From NCBI GenBank assembly GCA_038087875.1, contig CM075995.1, positions 1,614,001 through 1,678,000 on the forward strand: a DNA stretch of 64,000 nt, in the 5' to 3' direction. The notes under the pieces were generated by a model. That model was not told the DNA's origin. It did not search any database and saw only the letters and a list, made by a program, of their open reading frames with translations. This document shows, in pieces, positions 50,171-63,356 of the stretch (position 1 is the first letter of the stretch; each line of letters begins with the position of its first letter). This stretch comes from Malacoraja senta (lineage: Eukaryota). A program made the translations under genes and the position numbers.

Positions 50171-51899
50171 CCCCCTCACCTTAATCTTTTGTCCTCTGGT
50201 CCTCAATTCCCCTACTCTGGCCGAAAGAATGTGCATCTGCCCGATCTATTCCTCTCATGATTTTGTACACCTCTATATGAACACCCCTCATCCTCCTGCG
50301 CCCCAAGGAATAATATCCTAGCCTGCTCAACCTCTCCCTATAGTTCAGGTCCTCAAGTCCTGGCAACATCCTCGTAAACCTTCTCTGTACCCTCTCCTCC
50401 TTGACAACATCTTTCCCCATAACATGGTGACCAAAACTGAACACAATACTCCATAAACGTGGCCTCACCAACGCCTTATATAACTGTAACGTGACCTCCC
50501 AACTTCTGTACTCAAGTACTATAGCCCGTGAACTTCTCAAGCCAGATCAGATCATGTTGGTCTATTGCCTGACCTGCTGAGTTCTTCTAGTAGTTTGGTT
50601 TTTGCGTCAAATTCCACCGTCCGCCATCTCAGGTATCCACAATTACTAAACTCTGGTTCCTTTAACTTCAAGGTCTTACCTAGTGAACACAACTTTGACC
50701 ATTCCAACTAAAACAACATCAGTTTGGATGAGTGGACTCCAAAATTTAGATTTAGGTTTATTATTGTCATATGTACCAAGGTACAGTGAAAAGCTTTGTT
50801 CGTTATGCTATTCAATAAGATCAGATCATACTATCTTAGGACCTTATTGAAACATATAAGATTGTTAAGGGTTTGGACACGCAAGAGGCAGGAAACATGT
50901 TCCCGATGTTGGGGGAGTCCAGAACCAGGGGTCACAGTTTAAGAATAAGGAGTAAGCCATTTAGAACGGAGACGAGGAAACACTTTTTCTCACAGAGAGT
51001 TGTGAGTCTGTGGAATTCTCTGCCTCAGAGGGCGGTGGAGGCCGGTTCTCTGGATACTTTCAAGAGAGAGCTAGATAGGTCTCTTAAAGATAGCGGAGTC
51101 TGGGGATATGGGGAGAAGGCAGGAACGGGGTACTGATTGTGGATGATCAGCCATGATCACATTGAATGGCGGTGCTGGCTCGAAGGGCCGAATGGCCAAC
51201 TCCTGCACCTGTTGTCTATTGTCTATACTATGCTTAAATACAACCAAGCAAAAATCTAGACCACACTTCTTCCCACCCTGCTTCCTGTAAAGACTCTATC
51301 TCCTAATCCCAATTCCTCCAATTCCTCTCCCCTGACTCATTCTGAAGAAGGATCCCGACCCGAAATGTCACCTATTCCTTCTCTCCAGAGATGCTGCCTG
51401 TCCCGCTGAGTTACTCCAGCATTTTTTGTCTATCTTCAAACTCAAGTACAATAGGTAGAGCAAAGGGGAAGGTACAGAGTGCAGAATATTAGTTTTGTTT
51501 TGGTTTAGTTTAGTTTAGAGTTAAAGGCCCTATTTCCCACTGAGTCCGCGCCGACCAGCGATCCCCACACACTTACACTATTCTACACACGCTAGGGACA
51601 ATTGACAATTATACCAAGCCAATTAACCTACAAACCTGCATGTCTTTCGAGAGTGGGAGGAAACCAGAGATCCTGGAGGAAACCCACGCAGGTCACGTGG
51701 AGAATGTACAAACTCCCTACAGACAAGCACCTGTAGTCAGGTTCGAACCCGTGTCTCTGGCGCTGTAAGGCAGCAACTCTACCGCTGAACCAGAATTCCC
51801 ACAATATAGTTCCCAGCATTGCAGCACATCAGTTCCATCAGGGTCCACTGTCTGTAATGCGGTAGAAGAATGTACATTATATTTTTTAGATAAGTGCCT

Positions 51900-52078
51900 C
51901 CTGCTATTAACCTAAGCCCTAATTACCTCAGTATTGCCCTGGTATTACCCTAAACCATTGAGTTGTAATCTTAGATTATGCCCTCTATTCTAAATTTACC
52001 CTCCTGTGCCAAGCGACTTTGAGTCCTGAAAAGCGCTATATAAATAAAATCTATTATTATTATTATTATTATTATTAT
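51900..52078 (+). mobile_element. L2-type LINE/SINE 3' tail
   Basis: AAGCGACTTTGAG...AAAGCGCTATATAAATAAAA followed by (TTA)n, typical of fish L2-clade 3' ends. The 5' boundary is uncertain. Confidence 0.5.
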
Positions 52079-52171
52079 TTTTCTCTATCCATCAAACGGT
52101 AAAATATCCATGAGGTCATTAGGTCATAAGTGATAGGAGTCCTTCGTGCCAGCACTGCCATTCATATGATC

Positions 52172-52351
52172 TTCGTCTTATGGAGTCCACACACAAGATT
52201 AGAAGTTGTTCAGCCAGAGCTGAGCACACTTCTCGGCATCGGCGTACAATGGTGTCTGTCTTGTCGCTTCTTGTGCTTCTTGTGCTTCTTGTGCGTGGTG
52301 GTGGAAAGATTGGTGAAAACAGGACCGCGACGTGAATGCTCTTCCTTGACC
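52172..52351 (-). mobile_element. Short 5'-truncated retroposon 3' end with 14-bp TSD
   Basis: CCATTCATATGATC is duplicated at 52158-52171 and 52352-52365 inside a CR1 tail. Confidence 0.75.
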
Positions 52352-53248
52352 CCATTCATATGATCATGGCTGATCATCCAAAATCAGTACCCCGTTCCTG
52401 CTTTCTCCCCATATCCCTTGATTCCGTTAGCCCTCAGAGCTATATCTAACTCAATATAAACTAAACTAAACTTATTTATTTATATAGCGACTGCATATTC
52501 TAACTCTGCTGCTGGAAGGCAGTAACTCTACCACTGCGCCGCTGTGCCGCCCATTTTACTTCGGAGTCACATGAGTGACTACGTGAAGAAGCCCGCATGC
52601 GCGGTCAATTACGTCTAACGCATTGCGCAACAACTGGCTGGCAGGCGCGTCGCTCCTCCAGCGGTAAGTTTACAAATTCTCAGTTAAGTGTTTAAAACTT
52701 ATTCTGAGGTTGTTTCTATTTGGTTCGATAATTCTTGGTCGCAGAACAAGTAGGAACTGCTAGGAGAGGTGCTAATGTCCAAGGTGAAGTCCAGACAGGC
52801 TGCGGGGGAAAGCAGTTACGGAAGACCGCGGGAGTGTGGGTAGCGGGCGGCCGTCAATTTCGCCTTCCGAGTCGCTGGCGTGGCGGCCAGCGGCTTCAGA
52901 CTTGGTGCCGGTCGAGAGCACCTTGGCAACTCCGCTAGGACAGAAAGCCACAAGAAAGTCTGTAAGGCCTGTTGACTCGGACGAGTCGGGCCAGGAGGGT
53001 TCCCTCCTACAATGGATAGCGTCTTCGGACATTATCCCAGATGCTCCATCATGATATGCTCCAACGAACTGAGTTATATCAGCGCGGGTCTCCTCGGGGC
53101 CCGCGCAGCGGCACCTGGTTCAGGGCTGCACAATGTCTCCCTCTCTGAGGAGGGAGCATTCGGGGTCAGTTTTGGTCTGACTCGGAGTTCGGAGGTATAG
53201 CCGGGAGCATACCACAAGGCACGAAGGGCGTGAAGCAGATGTGCTGCT

Positions 53249-53692
53249 ATGGCATCGAAATCTACAATTCCATCACAAACAGGATCCAGGAAGTATCGCA
53301 CACCTGCTAACTGTGCTTCGTTAAACGTGCCGGCTGTTAACAACTCCATCTGGGGTTACATCGGACGGGGCATCAGAGCCCAGGAGGTGAAGCTCCAGAA
53401 AATACTAAAGTTGCTCGCCTCAGGCATCAGGGCCTTTGCCAGGTCGGTGGATGGGGGTCCCATGTCTGATGTGCAACAGAATACCCTGGCATTAATGTGT
53501 AACGCACATTTTGAAATCAACTGCTTACGCAAAAATGCCATCCGTCCTACCCTGAACCCAAATTCGCGGCACTGTGCAAGGCTAGCAACGTACAACCACC
53601 GAATTTCTTGTTCGGTGACGATCTGCCGAAGCAGGTCAGGGAGCTGGACGACGAAGCGAAAACGGTCGGCTAATGAAAGTCCCATCAACTAG
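53249..53692 (+). pseudogene. DIRS ORF1 (gag-like) remnant
   Basis: KYRTPANCASLNVPAVNNSIW...QEVKLQKI...EINCLRKNAIRPTLNP, followed out of frame by FLFGDDL. Position is upstream of the RT. Confidence 0.7.
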
Positions 53693-53939
53693 CAAAGCTT
53701 CATCATTCCGGCGGCAGCACCCCTACGCTCCTTCAACAACAAACGGTTCATTGAAACTGGTGGGAAGGCCGAACACTCTGGGCAGAGGTCTTTTTAAGGC
53801 CAAGCCCAAGCCGGCCCTCGTCAAAGATGCGCAGTTGGCGCACTCCATTAGTCCTACACCCCAAACCTCGGGGGCCGAAATAAACACCATTCATCCACCG
53901 GTAACCATGGAGGTAGGTGGGTCTGGTTCTTTCAGAACA

Positions 53940-55580
53940 TATTGTGTATGGATCAGTTACAAGTTGGTGGGAGATTGCACTTGTTTTTGAATGAATGGCA
54001 CTGGATAACATCAGATCCGTTTATACTGCACAGTATACAAGGGTTCCAATCGAATTCTTTCTCAATTCGTTTCCACCCACACAGCATACACCGAACCGGA
54101 TATTTGTTCTTTCACAACAGGAATGTTTGGATGTACAAGCTGAAATTGAAGTATTATACAAAAAAGGGGTAATTGAGAAGTCATGTCATGATCCTCACCA
54201 AATTGTGTCTAATATATTACAAGGCAAAAGAAGGAAGGAGGATGCCGAATCATCCTTGATTTGACTCAACTTAACTCCTTTGTGCAGTATAAACATTTCA
54301 AAATGGAAAACGTTGTTACTGCCAAACAACTGGTTTCCAAAGGATGTTATATGGCATGCATCGATCTTAAAGATGCATACTATTCGGTACCCATTCATTG
54401 GGATCACCGGAGATATTTGAAGTTTAGCTGGATGGGGCAACTGTGGCAGTTTAAAGCATTGCCTAATGGGTTAACTTCAGCCCCCAGATTATTTACAAAA
54501 TTATTAAAACCGTGCTGGGGCTACTCCGGGCTCAGAATCATATTGTGATGGCTTACTTGGATGATATCCTAATCATAGGGGAAACTCTGAAATTAGCTGA
54601 ATTATCTGTTTGAGAGATTGGGGTTTCTCATCCATCCAGTTAAATCCAAGTTGATACCATCTAGAGTTATTGATTATGCAAAGGAGCAGGCACTCAAATT
54701 CCATGCAGGTCACTTCAGTAGACCATGCGGTTGCCAGCTGAAGCCCATTGCTGAGTTACAATGGTGGATGATGAATATTCGGCATGCTCCAGTAAAATTT
54801 TGGTCGATAAACCTTCAGTTATTGTACAAACTGATGTTAGTGCTCTAGGATGGGGAGCTACTAATACCATCTCTAGCTGCGGTGGCAGATTGAATGTGCA
54901 TGAGTCATTGATTCTTCAGTCACATGGTATTAACTACTTAGAGTTGTTGGGAGCACTCTATGGGCTGAAGGCTTATTGTGGCAATATGCATCATTTGCAT
55001 GTTCAACTTCAATTGACAACACTACAGCGGTGGCATACGTTAATCACGTCAGTATCCTGTGATAAATTGGCTAACCTTATTTGGCACTGGTGTATTACAA
55101 GAATCATTTGGGTTTCAGCTATCTACTACCAGGTAGATTCAACATGTCACGGAAATTCAATGACAACACAGAATGGATGTTTAATCATGAAGTGTTTAAC
55201 GACATTGTCGCTCGGTATGGCGTACCGGATATCGATTTGTTTGCATCCAGACTCAATCACCAGTTACCAAAATATGTTTCATGGGAACCAGACCCAGGGG
55301 CAGTGGCAGTAGATGCATTCTCGCTACACTGGGGTGGAATGTTTTTTATGCATTCCCCCATTTTGCCTCATCAGTCGGTGCTTGCTTAAGATCCAGCAAT
55401 ATTCAGGCATTTTGGTAGTACCTGACTGGCCTACACAGCCATGGTTCCCACTCGTTCTGGAATGATAACACAGCCTTTTAAGGCTGTCCCCAAATGCAGA
55501 AAATCTACTGGTTCACCCTGTGACTGGGGAGACCATCCACTACATGACCGAATTAATTTATTGGTTTGGCAATTTCTGAG
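53940..55580 (+). pseudogene. DIRS RT / RNase H / adenine-methyltransferase-like ORF, multiply frameshifted
   Basis: VGGRLHLFLNEW, HFKME, IDLKDAYYSVPIH, QFKALPNGLTSAPRLFTK, AYLDDILI (approx. 54551), TDVSALGWGA, INYLELLG, IDLFASRLNHQLPKYVSW. Confidence 0.9.
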
Positions 55581-56525
55581 GAGACCGTTCCTGGGGCTCG
55601 GACTATCAGATCGTACGGTGGACGTGATCACTGCGGCCTGGAGGATAGTACCAAGAAACAGTACATCTTTCATATCAAGAAATGGGAGGTGTTCTGTTTA
55701 CAGTCGAACATATCGTATGACACGGCACGCATAATGGATGTGTTGGAATTCCTCTCTACACTATATTTTGATGAGAGACTGAGTTATAGTGCCAGGAGTG
55801 CCTTATCGTCATACTTATTGCTGGGATCGGGACACCACTCTGTTGGATCTCACCCTTTGATATCCAGGTTCATGAAGGGTATCTTCAACTCAATCCCCCC
55901 ACGCCCAGGTACTCGGAGATATGGGATGTGAGCGTGGTGCTCACGCTACTTCGCCAGTGGGCTCCAGCTACATCCCTGCCTTTGCCCAAACTCACTTACA
56001 AAGTGGTCATGCTCATGGCGCTGGTTTCAGCGCAACGGGTCCAGGCGTTGCAAAAGCTGCGACTGGACAGGATGGTTTCATTTGTAAATAATATAACATT
56101 TTATGTTTATGATTTAATCAAGCAGAGCAGACCAGGGTGTCAGGGCTCAAACTCATTTTCATGGCATACCCCATGGACCTTCGGTTGTGTGTAGTTACAC
56201 ATTTACAACAGTACATCAAGGTCACCAAGAGCCTCAGAGGCTCCGAATTAACTATGTTCATTAGTTTCAAAAAACCTCATAAGAAGGTATCAGTACAGAC
56301 CAAGGTTAAAACAGGTTCTGGCTTGTGCAGGAGTGGACACTGACATTTTAAAATCTCACTCCACCAGGACTGCATCAACGTCAGCAGCGAGGGTAATGGA
56401 TGTTCCTCTCGACCACATTCTAGCGGCTGCAGATGGTCAAATGAAATAACTTTTCAAAGGTTTTATAATAAACCATTGCCAGTCCGGGGTATTTGCCAAT
56501 TCCATTTTAGATTATGTTTTATAGT
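55566..56525 (+). pseudogene. DIRS tyrosine recombinase ORF, frameshifted
   Basis: KQY..HIKKW, LSYSARSALS, HPLISRFMKGIFN, KVVMLMALVSAQRVQ, KSHSTR (HxxR) and TFQRFY (catalytic Tyr). Confidence 0.88.
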
Positions 56526-59500
56526 TTCCCCCTGGATGAGAGGGGTCACTATTATTTTCATTTGCTCATTAAAGCATCAGCATGTTTAAATCTATGTCAT
56601 GTCTGAATGCATTATTTATTTTCACTCATCCTTGGTCAACTGATGCAGTGTGTGATGCATGGACTCGTATCCATGGCATGAAATCACAGAGCTTTGAAAT
56701 CTTCACGTAGTCACTCATGTGACTCCGAAGTAAAATAGTAAGATTAAACGAGAACTTACCAGTTTGAAGTTTGATCTTTATTTTATGAGGGGTTACGATG
56801 AGCGATTACGTGCCCTCGGCTCCCAACCCTCTTATCATAAAGGTCATCTGGTAGTTCTAGTTCTCTCCAATCTTACTATGTTCAGTTCAACTACTGTTAT
56901 CTGTGATTTCACATCGCTGCTTTGAAGATTGACGCGCATGCGGGCTGGCGGGCTTCTTCACGTAATTGCTCATTGTAACTCCTCATAAAATAAAGATCAA
57001 ACTTCAAACTGGTAAGTTCTCGTTTAATCTTACTATTAACAATAACAACCTCCTTCTCAATCCAAATTGGGCTCACGTTGTGCAAAAAGCCAATTTCAAA
57101 AGTAAAATCAAATCAAGTTTAGTTTAGTTTATATAGCCATATAAATTAAACGAAACTAAAGTCGAGGTTCCAGTTCAGTCTCTTACAGAGCTAAGGGCCC
57201 GAGCTGTCATTGAAACGAAACAATCCACTGATGTTTGTTTTAATGGATGCCACCCCGGACTTTCCATCTTGTCACTGCAGTCCCAGATGTTTGGAAGCTG
57301 AGCCAGCCCTCCTCTCCCCTTCTCCCCCTCCTGTTATTCTTGGTCCCCTGCACAATATGTGTACGCTTCAGTGGGAAAGCATGCGTGGAATTAGACTCCA
57401 CAGCACACTGCTGGGAGCGGCTGCGATGCACTTCATATCAGCACAGCAGTGATGTGTCAACATCAGAGTGTGGGAGACTGTCCCCATAGCTCCTGCTGAT
57501 TTGGTTGTCAACACCCAGCAACTCTTCATTTGATTTTACTTTTGAAATTCACTTTTTGTACAGCCTGAGGACGCTTTGGATTTAGAAGGAGGTTGTTGTT
57601 ATTATTATTATTGGGCGGCACGGTGGCAGAGTGGTAGAGTTGCTGCCCGAGTCCCAGGTTCGATCCTGACTCCGGGGGCTGACTTGTACATTCTCCCTGT
57701 GACTGCGTGGGTTTTGCTTTTCCTGCTTCTGTTTCTAATGTTGTTGAGAAATGAATCACAATAACGTGAATTTATTTTTTCCTTAAAGCATTCATTTCGC
57801 TGAACACCTGGGGCAGCAGCGCAGCGGTAGAGTTGCTGCCTTGCAGCGCCAGAGACACGGGTTCAATCCTGACTACGGGCGCTGTCAGTACGGATTTTGC
57901 ACGTTCTCCCCGCGACTGCGTACGTTTTCTCCGGGTGCTCTGGTTTCCTCCCACATTCCAAAGACGTGCAGGTTTGTAGGTTAATTGGCTTCTGTAAATT
58001 GTCCTTAGTGTATAGACTAGAATTAATGTATGGGTGATCGCTGGTCGGCACGGACTCTGTGGGCCGAAGGGGCCTCTTTTCTCATTTTTTCTAGTTTAGT
58101 TTAGTTTTAGAGATACAGCGCGGGAACAGGCCCTTCGGCCCACCGAGTCTGCGCCAACCAGCGATCCCCGTACACTAGCGCTATCCAACACACATGGGGC
58201 AATTTACAACCTTTACCGAAGCCAATTAACCAACAAACGCGTACGCCTTTGGAGTGTGGGAGGAAACAAGAGCAGATGGGGAAAACCCACGCAGGTCACG
58301 GGGAGAACGTACAAAACTCCGTACACTGGTGTTCAGGATTGAACCCGGGTCTCTGGCGCTGTGAGGCAGCAACTCTACCGCTGCGTCACCATGCCGCCCG
58401 TGCTACCTCTAATACTAAAAATTAAAAGTAAATTATCAATTTAAGACACTAAATGTTCGACCGTACAGCACATGCTTTTGCTTTGTGACTGTACAGAGAC
58501 AAGAAATCAATCATAACATGCAATTATATACAGCCCAATGTAACGTGGAGGAAGGAACTGAAGATGCAGGTTTACATCGAAGGGCCTGTTTCCCCGCTGC
58601 ATCTCTAAACTAAACTAAAGGTTCATGCCGACCACAGTTTCCCTCTCAACTTGTCCCTTTTCCCCAATTTTGGTCCATATCCCTCTGTTGCATTGTCATG
58701 TTTTTGAAACTATGTTGTGTAGGAAGGGACTGCAGATGCTGGTTTGCACTGAAGGATAGACACAAAATGGCCGGAGTAACTCAGCGGGACAGGCAGCATC
58801 TCTGGAGAAAAGGAATAGGCGACGTTTCGGGTCGGGACCCTTCTTCATCTCATGTTTCAGTCTGTAGCAGGGTCTCAAAGATGGGTCATAAGAGGAATAG
58901 ATCGGGTAGATGCACAGAATCTCTTGCCCAAAGTGGGTGAATCAAGGACCAGAGGACATAGGTTTAAGGTGAAGGGGAAAAGATTGAATAGGAATCCGAG
59001 GGGTAACTTTTTCACACAAAGGGTGGTGGGTGTATGGAACAAGCTGCCAGAGGAGGTAGTTCAGGCTGGGACTATCCCAACATTTAAGAAACAGTTAGAC
59101 AGGTACAGGTTTGTGTTGGGCCTGGAGTTTAGAACAATGAGTGGGGAACTCATTGAAACATTCAGAACAGTGAAAGGCTTGGATAGAGTGGATGTGGAGA
59201 GGATGTTTTCACTCTTGGGAGAGTCTGGGACTAGAGGTCATAGCCTCAGAATTAAAGGACGTTTTTTTTGGAAGAATTTCTTTAGTCAGAGGGTGGTGAA
59301 TCTGTGGAATTCTTTGCCACAGAAGGCTGTGGAGGCAAGTTGGTGGATATATTTAAGGCAGAGATAGATAGATTCTTGATTAGTGCGGGTGGGGAGAAGG
59401 CAGGAGAATGGGGTTAGGAGGGAGAGATAGATCAGCCATGATTGAATGATGGGGCATCTTGGTTGGCATGGGCAAGTTGGGCTGAAGGGCCTCTTTCACG

Positions 59501-60588
59501 CTGTAGGGTCTCTATGACTCTGGGGCCTGTGCTGTTGCAGTTTGCCGGGGAGTCATTTTGAAGAAGAGAGTTCCTGTCATTGAGACCGAAGAATTTATTT
59601 GGGATTCACGGAGTGATTTTGGGTTGGTTCAGAGCACCAGGCTGCCTGATATTGCTGCACAGATGGAAACCTTGGCCATCATCCCACTGAACCTCCAACA
59701 CAACTACAAGCATAAGGACAGAGACCAAAGGCAAGGCCAAGTTTCTGGAGCAAGACAAAATGGGAACTGCTCTTGCCAACAAGGCCTATCCCACTAGAAT
59801 GTTCAGGAAGCCGCGTTCCTGTTCCAAGTACAGACTAGATCGGGTCGAATGTCCTAATTTTGCTCCTATTACATATGAATATGAACTTTAATCAGACTTT
59901 ATCCAGCACTCTATGTTATTCCCTTTATCCTGTATCTTTGTCTTAGTTTAGATTATTGTCACGTGTACCGAGGTACAGTGAAAAGCTTTTAGTTTAGTTT
60001 AGAGATACAGTGCGGAAACAGAAGGCTGTGGAGGTCAAGTCCGTGGATATTTTTAAGGCAGAGATAGAGAGCTTCTTGATTAGTACGGGTGTCAGAGGTT
60101 ATGGGGAGAAGGCTGGAGAATGGGAATAGGACGGAGAGATAGATCAGCCATGATTCTTGAATGGCGGAGTCGACTTGATGGGCCGAACGGCCTAATTCTA
60201 CTAGAATAGAATAGAATAGAATGCCTTTTATTGTCATTCAAACAGGTTTGAACGAAATTTCATTCCTGCAGTCATGACGTTACAAAAAAGAACCAAGACA
60301 CACACTTAACACACTTTACACAAACATCCATCACAGTGAATCTCCAACACCTCCTCACTGTGATGGAAGGCAAAACTACTATTCCTTATGACCTTATGGC
60401 ATGTATTGATTTACTCCACATTTCACAGACCGGGTGTCACAGTTTAGTTTAGTTTTGTTATCTGTAGCTCCTTCCTACACATTCAGTTTTCGTTAGGAAG
60501 GAACTGCAGATGCTGGTTTACACCGAAGGTAGACACAAAATGCTGGAGTAACTCAGCGGGACAGGCAGCATCTCAGGAGCAAAGGAAT

Positions 60589-60626
60589 GGGTGACGTTTC
60601 GGGCCGAGACCCTTCTTCAGACCACC
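60589..60626 (-). ncRNA. Minimal type I hammerhead ribozyme motif in a Penelope-derived repeat (best-preserved copy)
   Basis: Minus strand reads GGT-CTGAAGA-A-GGGT(CTCG)GCCC-GAAAC-GTC-ACC: intact core, stem II, loop-less palindromic stem III (ACGT), GUC triplet and GGT/ACC stem I. Confidence 0.65.
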
Positions 60627-62647
60627 ATATATGGTTTTTTGGGAGAAGGTGCGGGGCTGGGGTACGATCAGGTTGGAGGCAGTGGAGGGCAGACAGCCGG
60701 AAGTGATCAAGAAGGGACTCGACCCGAAACGTCACCCATTCCTTGTCTCCAGAGATACTGCCTTACCCGCTGAGTTACTCCAGCTTTTTGCATCTATCTC
60801 AGTAATAAAATCAGAAATGGGCTGTGAGATTATGGCCTGGTTCTCATCTGTGGAGTCATGATTAGTTTAGTTAGTTTTTAGACAATAGACAATAGACAAT
60901 TGGTGCAGGAGGAGGCCATTCGGCCCTTCGAGCCAGCACCGCCATTCAATGTGATCATGGCTGATCATCCCAATCAGTACCCTGTTCCTGCCTTCTCCCC
61001 ATATCCCCTGACTCCACTATCTTCTAGAGCCCTATCTAGCTCTCTCTTGAAAGTATCCAGGGAACCGGCCTCCACCGCCCACTGAGGCAGAGAATTCCAC
61101 AGACTCACGACTCTCAGTGAGAAAAAGTGTTTCCTCGAAAGGATTCCTTTGGTTTAGTTTTGTTTATTGTCACGTGTATCGAGGTACAGTGAAAAGTTTT
61201 TTTGCTGTGTTTCTCCAGACAGCGGAAAGGCTATACATGATTACAATTGAGCTGTCCATAGTGTACAGATACAGGATAAAGCGAATCATGTTTAGTGCAA
61301 GACAAAGTCCAGTAACGTCTGATTACAGATAGTCCGAGGGTCTCCAATGAGGTAGATGGTTGCTCAGGACCGGACGCTAGTTGTTTTTGGTTTAGTTTTA
61401 GTTCAGAGATATAACGCAGAAACAGGCCATTCGGCCCAGTGAGTGTACCAGCAATCCCCGCATATTAACACAATTCTACACACATTAGGGACTTTTTTTA
61501 CATTTTCCCTAACCAATTTACCTACAAACCTGTACGTCTTTGGAGTGTGGTAGGAAACCAAAGATCTCGTAGAAAACCCACGCAGGTCACGGGGAGAACG
61601 TACAAACTCCGTACAGACAGCAGCTATAGTCGGGATCGAACCCGGGTCTCCAGCGCTGCAAGCGCTGTAAGGCAGCAACTCTACCGCTGCGCCACCGTAC
61701 CGCCCTTGGTGGTTTAGTTGTCTGACAGGATTGCTTGGAGCACAGGAGGATGAGGGGTGGCTTATAGAAGTGTACAAAATCGTTAGAGGAATAGTTTGAG
61801 TAAACACAGTTTCTTGCCCAGAGTCAGGAAATCAAGAACCAGGGGCCATAGATTTAAGGTGAGGGGGAGGGGGAAGATTTAATAGGAATCAAGGGTGATT
61901 TTTTCACATAATGGGTGGTGTGTGTATGGAACGAGCTGCCAGAGGTTGTAGTTGAGACAGGCACTATCGCAACGTTTAAGAAACATTTGGGCCGATGCAT
62001 GGATAGGACAGGTTAGAGGGATATGGGCCAAACGCTGGCAGGTGGGACTAGTGTACACGGGACACGTCGGTCAGCATTGACAAGTCGGACTCATGGGCCT
62101 GTTTCCACGCTGTATGACTCTATGACTCTATAACAGCTGGAAGAAACTGTCCCTGAATCTGGAGGTGTGCGTTTTCACACTTTTGTCCCTCTTGGCCGAT
62201 GGGAGAGGGAGAAGTGGGAGTGACCGGGGTGACGAGACACATCCATGATTATGCTGCTGGCCTTGCCGAGGCAGTAGTGTGAGGTGTAAATGGAGTCAAT
62301 GGAAGGGAGGTTGGTTCGTGTGATGGTCCGGGCTGCGTCCACAATTCTCTGCAACTTCTTGCGGTCTTGGTTGAATCTGTCTAAGGCCCATTTGTAGAAG
62401 CAGATCGGCACTACTGAGTAGACTCCTCTCAGAGACTGAGGAGAGACCTGATAGAGGTATATAAAATTAGGATAGGTACAGTGAGTTTTGTTGTGGATGA
62501 AGTCTTCATTTCCCTGCCACAACGTATGAAGTTCAAGCTCCTGTAGCTCCTCGAATCCTTATTGAGGCTAACTTGTGTAAAAGAGCTTTCATACCCATAA
62601 AGGAATGTTTACTATCCTTAAGAAATACACCTGTGGCTATAAAGGTA

Positions 62648-63356
62648 CGTGTGCGGATGTGGCGCCGACGGACGAGAAGCCAAGCTAAGAAGTGGAAGCC
62701 AAATAACTGAATGGAAACAAAGCCGAAACGCCAACTAACCGAAAGGATGGGACGCCTAAATGCAAACTAACCGAAAGGGCGGGACGCTTAAAAGCCAACT
62801 AACCGAAAGGCTGCGTCACCTAAAAGCAAACTCACAAAATGGCCGCTCTGCGTGGACCACGTGGAGGGTGGCCGTGGGAGAGTGGGGCTGTCCCGAGCCA
62901 TGCGCAACTTGGTGCTTGGGTTCAGATTGCCCAGTCACCTATGGCTTGTGTGGGAAAATTACCCTCAACCTCCCACCCTTGGAGACGGGAATGCCGGGGT
63001 CATTTTCCCACAATGCCGAAGGCTGTGGGTTGGGTGGAGCGGAGGTTTGGGACAATGTTCGTCCCAAACATGTGAAGTGATGGACGCGGGGGTCTGGACC
63101 AATCGCTGACAAGTCCCGCCTCCCGGCAACGTCATGTCCGTTATTTGACTTCTCTGTTGAGCGGCAGCCGGTTCGTTGGCTTGCAGGCGACGCAGCCTTT
63201 CGGTTAGTTTGCATTTAGGCGTCCCATCCTTTCGGTTAGTTGGCGTTTCGGCTTCGTTTCCATCTGGTTATTTGGCATTTCGGCTTTGTTTTCATTCGGT
63301 TATTTAGCTCCACTTCTTTGCTTCGGCTTCTCGTCCATCGCGCCACTTCGGGTACC
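62648..63356. mobile_element. Mutator-like foldback non-autonomous DNA transposon with 9-bp TSD
   Basis: ATAAAGGTA (62639-47) / ATAAAAGTA (63357-65). Long inverted arms are built of ...AACTAACCGAAAGG... subrepeats. Termini are CGTGTGCGG and GGGTACC. Confidence 0.72.

Larger units (their letters stand above)
52553..57037 (+). mobile_element. DIRS1-type tyrosine-recombinase retrotransposon, full-length structure, coding region decayed
   Basis: ATT at both ends, non-identical inverted terminal repeats, an internal complementary region at 56701-56812, and gag, RT/RNaseH/methyltransferase and YR remnants in DIRS order. Confidence 0.93.

Noticed and set aside
55081..55389. Horizontally acquired bacterial or phage adenine methyltransferase or integrase
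   Set aside because: Methyltransferase-like and tyrosine-recombinase domains are standard components of DIRS1 elements and lie within the element's termini.
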